In this document: one piece after another, positions 54,491 to 64,000 of the stretch
Numbering within the stretch: position 1 is the first letter of the stretch
How the letters are laid out: each line of letters starts with the position of its first letter
Program-made: the position numbers and the translations under genes
Notes under the pieces: generated by a model
What the model saw: only the letters and a program-made list of their open reading frames with translations
Database searches by the model: none
What the model was told of the DNA's origin: nothing
NCBI GenBank assembly: GCA_951406725.2
Contig: OX597815.1
Location: 179,180,001 to 179,244,000, forward strand
DNA from: Octopus vulgaris
Lineage: Eukaryota
DNA: 64,000 nt
Reading direction: 5' to 3'

Positions 54491-55218
54491 CGGAAGCAAA
54501 TTTCTTACCACACAGCCACTCCTACGCCTATATATATATCTATATATACACACAAACATCCACATATATGCACATATACACACACACATTCATACACGCG
54601 CACACACACACAGTTTTGTTATGTTGTCGGAAAAATGAGTGTTACTTGGCCTCTGACAAGTAGAAAAAGAAATCATCTTGATATTATTTCTGCGTTGACA
54701 GGAACGGTTAGATCGCTTTCTAATGAATCCATATTCATTATTGTTTCGGGTTAAAATCTCTAGTGTGACAACGTTAAATTTAACATAAATTTTGTAATGT
54801 CGATGTGTGTGGATTAAATATTTATAAATTAGTTAAGCACTTCGTCTACAAATGCAAAACATGCAGCTCGGTTTGAGTTTGTGCTTGAGAAGAACGGGTT
54901 GAAGAATGAGGCATACATGAACTCCGAAGAGTAGCCAATCCGTCATGAAATATGTCAAGGGAGTATCATTTATTTTTCTTTTGTGCAAAGACAATAAAAA
55001 GTTGTACTTATGTTTGTGAAAATACAGAATACAGGAATTATTGCAACGTTACTGTAATGACGATAAATTTTTAAATACACGCTGTTTCTGAATAACACAC
55101 ACACACATTTTATATCTTAAAGATACTATATTCTAACTACATTGAATCTTGGGTTTTTTTAACACCTGCTGTTTGGGAATAATCCATCTATCCATTCATC
55201 AATAAATCCATCCACCCA

Positions 55219-55268
<50 letters not shown>

Positions 55269-55607
55269 TGCACATTTATGCATATGTATATATGCATAAT
55301 GAATACATATTTCTGTCGGTCTATCTGTATGTGTTTGTATGAGTGTGCCTTTGTCTGTATGTCTGTGAGTGCCTTTATACACTATGTTTTATATTTTATA
55401 AATCCGTCCATCTTTCTATGTATTTATTTTGCTCTGCATTTATAACTATACAGGTTTATCTATTTGCATTTATAAAAAAATTTTCCAGATGCTCACATAC
55501 TCATATTCACGAAAAAACAAACAAACAAAACACAAAATTATCCACAGGCATATTCACTCCGATATGCAGACATATATATATACATATATATATATATATA
55601 AACACAT

Positions 55608-55640
<33 letters not shown>

Positions 55641-55690
55641 AAACACATATACATACATACATATATATATATATATAAAAACACATATAC

Positions 55691-55736
<46 letters not shown>

Positions 55737-56438
55737 ACAAACATACATACATATATATATATATAAACACATATACATATATATACATATATATATATAT
55801 ATAAACACATATACATACATACACATTCACCCCACAAAAACACACACACACACACCTTGTACATCCACCTCGTGAAGACACACACAAAACTGCAGTACGT
55901 ATTTACATCCTTTTGTTTGCTCCTATAGTTGTGCACATCTAAGTTTTCATGTTAGTCTGTTGTTCATTTACACCGATTGACACACACACACACACACACA
56001 CACAGACATGCACACACATACCACCATGTGCACGCATCCGTATGCATACATAAGTATATACACATCCATATTTATAATTATTATCCGCATATATACATAC
56101 TTCTTTGCATATTTCCATACGCTCATATGCTTATCTATATTCAGAAAAAAAATTCACAATTATAATCCGCGCGCACACAAACACACGAACATGTTGATAC
56201 ACTTTTTCCAGGTACGCACAGACACTAAAAAATCTTATCAAGTATAAACTAATATACACACACATACACACCAATATGTATATGCGCACATATATTCTAT
56301 AAACGCACATATATACATATTAATTCACACACACGCAAACATGCTTCCAAACGCTTACATCCCAAAGTATAGCTACCAATTTATTGAACATGTACGTGTA
56401 GAGGTGCCAGAAAAACGCATACACATGCGTTCGTACAA

Positions 56439-56488
<50 letters not shown>

Positions 56489-56525
56489 ATTGATGACTTT
56501 TCTAAGCAGAACCAGAAATCTTGGA

Positions 56526-56937
56526 CTCTTTTACTTGTTTCAGTCATTTGACTGCGGCCATGCTTGGAGCACCGCCTTCAGTCGAGCAAATCGACCCCTT
56601 TACTCTTTTACTTGGACTTATTCTTTGTAAGCCCAGTACTTATTCTATCGGTCTCTTTTGCCGAACCGCTAAGTGACGGGGACGTAAACACACCAGCATC
56701 GGTTGTCAAGCAATGCTAGGGGGACAAACACAGACACACAAACACACACACACATACACATATATATACATATATACGACAGGCTTCTTTCAGTTTCCGT
56801 CTACGAAATCCACTCACAAGGCATTGGTTGGCCCGGGGCTATAGCAGAAGACACTTGCCCAAGATGCCACGCAGTGGGACTGAACCCGGAACCATATGGT
56901 TGGTTAGCAAGCTACTTACCACACAGCCAATCCTGCG

Positions 56938-56939
<2 letters not shown>
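56526..56939 (-). mobile_element. SINE family A
   Basis: Full copy. Confidence 0.9.
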
Positions 56940-56972
<33 letters not shown>

Positions 56973-57028
56973 TTTATTTTAAGCAGCAGAAAATTCAACA
57001 AAATCTGTTATATATATATATATATATA

Positions 57029-57256
57029 CTTTATTTTAAGCAGCAGAAAATTCAACAAAATCTGTTACTCTGAGTTTCTCGTTGCCGTTCATCGGACAGT
57101 TTTCTAGCAAAAACTGTCTGATGAACGGCAACGAGAAACTCAGAGTAACAGATTTTGTTGAATTTTCTGCTGCTTAAAATAAAGCATATTACTCTACCAC
57201 TGGTATTTGAGTACTCTTTTTTCCACCTTGTTTCACATTTATGTGTTTACTCCGGT
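57029..57256. mobile_element. Fold-back element (~75 bp arms) plus tail in (TA)n
   Basis: 57029-57103 mirrored by 57110-57184; partial duplicate at 56972-57010. Confidence 0.85.
57114..57151 (+). ncRNA. Minimal type I hammerhead ribozyme motif
   Basis: CUGU-CUGAUGA-A-CG-GCAA-CG-A-GAAA-CUC-A-GAG-UA-ACAG; predicted cleavage after A57147. Confidence 0.7.
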
Positions 57257-58796
57257 ATATATATATATATGCATATGCCCTTGCAACCCTAGTTACACAT
57301 TAATTCGTACTCGCTGTTAGTTCTGTTCTGCAATAAACACTTTTGCACATGTGAACCGATATATAAACAGATATCCACAGACGCAAACATTGACAGAGTC
57401 ATCCATCCGTATGGAGGGAAAATCAAACGAATATGAAAAATGAGTATAATGAAAAGAGTAAAGAAAATATAAGGAGAAAATGATAAATATTAAAGTGATT
57501 CATTTTGGTGCTACTTCTAACTGTTATATATCTATAGCAAAAATAGCCCAGGTCGTAATCAAAATAATAATCACAAGAATTTATACCTTTTTACGAACAG
57601 GAAAAATATTCTAACAAGAGATCTTGGAAGTGAGCCGGTTGATGCAGAGTTTTATATCCCAGTTCGTACAACTTGTGCTAAGTGGTCGAGTGTTATCTGA
57701 AGAAGAATTGGGTCTTTTCAATTCATCGATGCATTGTAGTTCTTTGTGAAGTTTATCGATTTGTTGGCAAGATTTATCTGATGCTGTTTCTGCAAAGCAT
57801 TCTACAAAATATAATAGCGATGACTTTCACTTGTTTATCAACCAGCCGTAGCCACAGCAACCTTCTTTTAATGCAGCTTCATTTTAGAAGAGTTTTAGTC
57901 GATCTCCTCAGTTCAGCTCAGTCACTACCATCAGCTTTACAGAAGCCATTTTTCGCAGACACAGTCAAGAAATCGATCTTTTTTGTTGCGTAAAAGCTGT
58001 GCAAAGGAGAATTCATAACGGTGTCTTTTGAATTTTCATTCTGTTTACTCAACGCTTCTTTGTCGATTTCCTAATGTAGTGCAAATATCGAACAACTTGC
58101 CTGAAAACACTAACATTGTTTTACGCGAGTCCCCTTCAAAAATAGACCTAAATATCTCTTTGGAAGTCGCGAAATATCATCTTCAAAACCTTCGCTTTCA
58201 TCTTCAAAACATTCGCTTTTCGTCTTCACTATGAATCTTTTGGGTCCAAATACTTAGTGCTGTATTCCATTTTGGACGCATACAAGAAATCTCTCGAATG
58301 ATTTCCATCTTCAATTGGAGAATGTAAAATTAGATAAGGATAAACAGTGAAATCAGATATATTAACAATAATCCAATCCAGAAATCGAAACCTGGGTCTT
58401 GAAATGTTGTACTCAGTGTTCATCGTGTAACAAAATTTTATTTCAAAGTAAGTACCAAAATTTAAAATAACATTTTTTGCACCAATGCAATCATTGTAGC
58501 ATCAATATAACTATATTATATATATTAGTTTTTGTACTAAAATAAACAAATAACGAAAAAGGTGAAAAATAAATTATGCACTGAATATTTGATAAAATAA
58601 CACATGAGATATATACCATAAAACCAATAAAGAAACATATAGTGCTTTAATCTTCAACGCATTTACAGAGACGCTATGCAAATATCACAATTAATGTATA
58701 TAATATTACAATTTGAACAATATCCTTAAAATACATGATACGCACAATAATATAAATTAATATAATATATTAATATACATATACATATATACATAA

Positions 58797-58827
<31 letters not shown>

Positions 58828-59130
58828 AACGCACACACAAACTCATACATACACACACAAATGCATACACGCACGTGTGTATACACACACATACACACGC
58901 AGAGATATGCATAATATCAAACTGTACATGTAATATATTATTACGACGCTATGAAACGTAATAAAACAGAATCTAATGCAATATAATTCTAAAAAGCGAT
59001 GGCTATAAATCAGAAAAATAAATATACATGCACTGATATACGCCGCGCGCGCACCCCCCCCCCACATACACATACACACACACACATTAACTCACACATG
59101 CAGGTATGCACAACCGCATGCAGATACACA

Positions 59131-59351
59131 TACGATGAAGTTATGAGAAGTTCCTGGCTTTGGGCAAAAGGAAATACAGGAAGATCAATTAATTATGATT
59201 TTATTCAACATATTCCCCTCTCAGATTCACACACTTATTGCAGTGGCCCTTCAGTTTTTCTAAGCCTTGTAAAAGAACCCGGAATGTTGGGCCTCCAAAC
59301 AAGCCTTTCGCGATACCTTTAAATACAGGGACTTTTCAGCACCCTCTTGTA
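59131..59351. mobile_element. Mariner-derived MITE
   Basis: Diverged TIRs tacga...agaagttcctg / cagggacttttcagcaccctcttgta. Confidence 0.6.
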
Positions 59352-59458
59352 CATATAATTTAATATCGTTTACTATATATTGAACTGTATAGCGCGCTAT
59401 ATAATAAAAATGCTATATGCTAAAGGGAAATATATACATACATATATATATATATATA

Positions 59459-59720
59459 TCACGTGATCACTGACCGACCAGACCATCAGATGTTGCTACA
59501 CTTCGCTGGTCACAATGCGTTCGCATTGTTTTACCCTTCGAACAGGCGAGCAGGCCAACAGAAGAAAGAGAGAAAGAGTGGTGAAAGAGTACAGCAGGGA
59601 TCACCACCCCTGCCGGAGCCTCGTGGAGCTTTTAGGTGTTTTCGTCCGATATGGGAATCGAAACTGCGATCCTACGACTGCAAGTCCGCTGCCCTAACCA
59701 CTGGGCCATTGCGCCTCCAC
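59459..59720 (-). mobile_element. SINE family C (tail type 1), deleted
   Basis: Matches 8205-8509. Confidence 0.85.
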
Positions 59721-59890
<170 letters not shown>

Positions 59891-60181
59891 GAAAAAATCT
59901 ATCAGAAAGGAACTCTAATCTTTTGATAAGCATAACAAATGCGCAACCGGTAAAAAGAACTTTAACCTAATTAAATTACTTAAATTACTTAAATTATTTT
60001 GTCAGCATTTTCTTCATTTCCTTTTTTATGTATCACAACTCGTGTTCCACATCTCCTTTTTTTAAATATATATATATATATATATCATACGATTGCGATG
60101 CCCCAGCATGGCCACAGTCAAATGACTGAAACAAGTAAGGTGTAAAGATAAAACATAAAAAACATACATATATAGTTTTAT

Positions 60182-60540
60182 AGGCGTGGCTGAGTGGTAT
60201 GAAGTTTGCTTCCTAACCACATGGTTTCGGATTCGGTCCCACTGCGTGGCACTTTGGGCAGGTGTCTTTTGCTATTGCCTCGGGCCTTCAAAAGCCTCGT
60301 CAGCGGGTTTGGTAGGCGATCTATGTGTGCTTGTCTTTGTATTTGTCCCCACCCCACTGTTTGACAACCGGTGATGGTGCGTTTACGTGTCAATAGCTTA
60401 GCGCTTCGACAACAGAGACTTACAAAGTAAGTTGTAGTCTTAAAAAGAATAAGTACGGGGGTCGATTTGTTTGTCTAAACCCATCAAAGAGGTAACCCAA
60501 CATGGCCGCAGTCCAAAGGTTGGAACCAGTAAATGATAAA
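60182..60540 (+). mobile_element. SINE family A, diverged
   Basis: gtcccactgcgtggcactttgggca and catggccgcagtc. Confidence 0.8.
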
Positions 60541-61842
60541 TATGTGTGTGTATATATGTATATATATATATATACACGCACACATACAATTACATATTTT
60601 ATATACGTACGCATAAACACTTAACCATACGTACATCTAAGCAGACGCACTGTGCATAAAAATTGACACATATTGTCACAAACGTACCTGTACACAAAAT
60701 GTGATAAAAATGAAATCAAACATTATAGATATCATGAAAATATTCACAAAATAATAAATATTTGATCAAAAAACGCATGTATAGAAATACGAAAATATGA
60801 AGCAAGTATAGATATAAAAACGGATGAACGAAATATGGAAACTATTAATTTCGTGAATGTAAACGTAATTTTTATGGTGTTTTATGGAGATTATTTTATG
60901 ACAAGCTTCGTGAGATAATTTTTGTAAGGTGTTTGTATATCAATTTTTGTAAGGTGTTTGTATATCAAAAAATATTTCTGTGAAATAACACAGATTACTG
61001 CGTTATTTACCTTGAGAGGACTCGTATATAATCGTGGCGCATAAATGCATTCGTATTTATCTCATTGAAAGATGAGAACAGTCTGCTTCCGTTGACAGAC
61101 GGTCCTCATCTACGAGTGTATTTATGCAACATGAGTCTATTTGAGAGGTCATCTCGAGGTAATTAACTCAGTATTCTGTGTTCTAACACTACTTGAAGGT
61201 TAAATTGTAGATCATGATTACCTTCAGGTATTCATGCTGCTTCCGTTGTTGTTTATTGCTTCTGTGAAAGCTTTTTTAAGTTGCTTCCCGATGTCTATAA
61301 AGTCAGGTATACATCCCGAAGATCAGCATCAAAATATTGATCTTTGAGTCGGCATTTAGAGATCCATTCATTAGCGTGAAGCTCTTCATTAGGATATTAC
61401 AATTTCTGCCAGGTAGAATTGATATCCGCTAGATTCGATGGGGGCATCGAGTAGATTTTCTAATGACTAACCAGTTTATTTCTAATGAATTATACCAAAT
61501 GTGTAGTGCTTCCATATTGAGTGTACTAAAAGGAGACTACGAAATGCATGTCGGATTTTAAAAAAAATGGGTTTAAGTCAATCTCATTTCTAACAGCACC
61601 ACGTGACCCACCTTGACCAATAGCAGTCCAGATAGGTATCTCCGACTTCTTGCATCTCTCCATTCAGTTAACTGCGCACGACGAGCCAGGTTTGAGTAAG
61701 AAGCTTGCGAAGCTTTAAGGTGCACGGGGCTGAATCAAACTGATTTATATGTAACTCATACTAAGTGTGTTGAGTGCCTCTTTCATTTCTCCACTCACCT
61801 GCATATACATACATACATACATACATACATACATACATACAT

Positions 61843-61875
<33 letters not shown>

Positions 61876-62653
61876 ACCATAGACACAAATACATGCGCAC
61901 GAAAGGATGCAGATCATAGAAGAACCAAATAGAGTAAGTGGAGCAAGAGCACACACGGAAACGAAAACTGTCACTAAAGAGGTCACAGATGTGTGACGAA
62001 AGATTTCCAGATAATGGTCATGAATTAAAATAAAAATATAAAAAATAAGAACAGTAAAAAGAAAGGAGGAGGTGTAGGGGAAGAAAGAAGAGGAAGACAG
62101 AAGATAAAAAGAAAGGGTGAAGAAAGAAAAGATGCAAGGAAGCGGGAAGAGAGAAGGAAAAAGGAGAAAAGAGGTGGGTTTTAAGTTAAACTATGCTAAT
62201 AGTTACATGTGACTTTTAACAAATATGATAGACAAGCGCAGTCATTTGGGAGGTGGAAGCGATTAAAAATCATTCAATAGAGAGAGAGAAATTAAATTGA
62301 TGGAGAACAACATATATTATCACTGGAAGGTACAGAGAAGGCAAAAACCCAAAACAGACGGATACACAAACACAGAAACTAGGACCCATCAAAATAAAGC
62401 AATCAAAATCACTTTCAAAATATGTAAGAACATGAAAAAATATACATTGGTATCTTGTATTTGTTCCAGTCATTAGACTGCGGCCATATATATGTAAAAA
62501 ATTAAAACTATCAATCCAAGGTAGGGGTTATAATTTATGGAAACAAGTAATACAATAAAGTAAAATGTAATATCGTAACAAATGTGTGTAAAACTTCCAT
62601 AGTGGTCGATAAAAGTTCATAATGAAAGAGGTGGACTTAAATAAAAAGTATCA

Positions 62654-62702
<49 letters not shown>

Positions 62703-63086
62703 CGCCTTTAGTCGAGCAAATCGACCCCAGGACTTATTCTTTGTGAGCCTAGTACTTATTCTATCGATTCTTTTGCCGAACCGCCAAGTGACGGGGACGC
62801 AAACACACCAGCATCGGTTGTCAAGCGACGTTGGGGGGACAAACACAGACGCACAAACATACATACATACATACATACATACATACATACATACATACAT
62901 ACATACATACATACATACATACATACGACGGGTTCCTTTCAGTTTCCGTCTACCAAATCCACTCACAAGGATTTGGTCGGCCCGAGGCTATAATAGAAGA
63001 CACTTGCCCAAGGTGCCACGCAGTGGGACTGAACCCGGAACCATGTGGTTGGTAAGCAAACTACTTACCACACAGCCACTCCTACG

Positions 63087-63088
<2 letters not shown>
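62703..63088 (-). mobile_element. SINE family A
   Basis: Near full copy with expanded (CATA)n. Confidence 0.9.
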
Positions 63089-63128
<40 letters not shown>

Positions 63129-63129
<1 letters not shown>

Positions 63130-63315
63130 CCTCGTGTGTACCGTTGGCGATTTTTTTTCCTCTGTCTTCCCTTCTCCTATGTTTCCGACGAAGAGCTCCG
63201 CTCGAAACGTTAAACCCTCCTTCTTTCCTTCTTTCCTGAGCGTCCAATAATACTATATTTGTTCCACGTCCTCGCGTTGTTGTGTTTTTTTGTGCTTTCT
63301 TGTTTGGATTAACTT
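63129..63315 (+). mobile_element. Family F2 element with hammerhead-like motif
   Basis: GTTT-CCGACGA-a-gagc-tcc-gctc-GAAA-cg-TT-AAAC at 63181-63215; flanked by (TA)n. Confidence 0.65.
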
Positions 63316-63348
<33 letters not shown>

Positions 63349-64000
63349 ATATATCGAAAACGACTGTCGAAAGGAAACATTTCAAGTTCAGGATTGCATA
63401 TATGCGAAAATATTTGAGGAAAAATATCAACTTAATCGAAGTTCTGCGAAAAGCAATAAAGCCAATGTGGTAGTGAAAAAGTGGCAATATTAATGTATTA
63501 ATCGTTCGGTGGCAAAAACCGCAAAACCAGAAACTTTGAAGAATACCAACAACAGTTCAAAAGCTCATATTGACTGTTCAAGGTCGATTTCTCTTGAAAG
63601 AGGGAAAATATTTTTCACTTAAGCATAACACACATATAAAACGGTGGTAGGATCCATTTCTGTATAGGCTTGCTCTTTCCAAGATAGAGCAATGGATTTT
63701 GAAAGGAGCGGAATAAATTTCTTTTAATTGCCATACATGTTCTGGTAAATTCATTGATGTAATGTTTACCGGGTATTTAAAGGAGTCTTTTTGTTGATAA
63801 GATCTCGTTTTGAAGCTATTTTCGGTGGCTCCGGTGTAAGCTTACTAGTAGGAGTATTATTGACCTGGACCTTAGCCCTAAAAATAACTCTTTTGATGAG
63901 GCAATTGCCGTTAAAAGAGCTGTTACTATACAGTTGTCAATTGTAAATATTAGTATATATACTCTAGCATCCATCTCTTCTTTTCCTTTTCTTTTTCCTT

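Noticed and set aside
61050-61750. Possible decayed LINE endonuclease on the minus strand
   Set aside because: Only vague resemblance; no diagnostic motif recovered

Overview
AT-rich, gene-poor eukaryotic DNA made mostly of microsatellites and transposable-element debris. The three abundant tRNA-derived SINE families and (TA)n-rich composition point to an octopus (coleoid cephalopod) genome; this is inference from repeat content. I find no intact protein-coding gene: most ORFs in the track are microsatellite or SINE read-throughs. Recognisable elements are SINE families A, B and C, Penelope-like retroelement (PLE) RT and GIY-YIG relics, R4/Dong-, RTE-, CR1-group and Tx1-like LINE fragments, Tc1/mariner relics, a non-autonomous Helitron, several fold-back MITEs with TSDs, a ~1.1 kb local duplication, and possibly a heavily decayed Toll-like receptor pseudogene. 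The strongest signal is a set of unrelated short elements, mostly fold-backs embedded in (TA)n, each carrying a minimal type I hammerhead-ribozyme motif; across families the core covaries at the catalytic 3-8 pair (C-G, U-A, G-C) and shows recurrent non-canonical variants. Second, three Tx1-like element 5' ends are joined to the same position of the SINE-A head, suggesting a SINE-targeting or SINE-headed LINE. All calls are by eye; boundaries of decayed elements are approximate.
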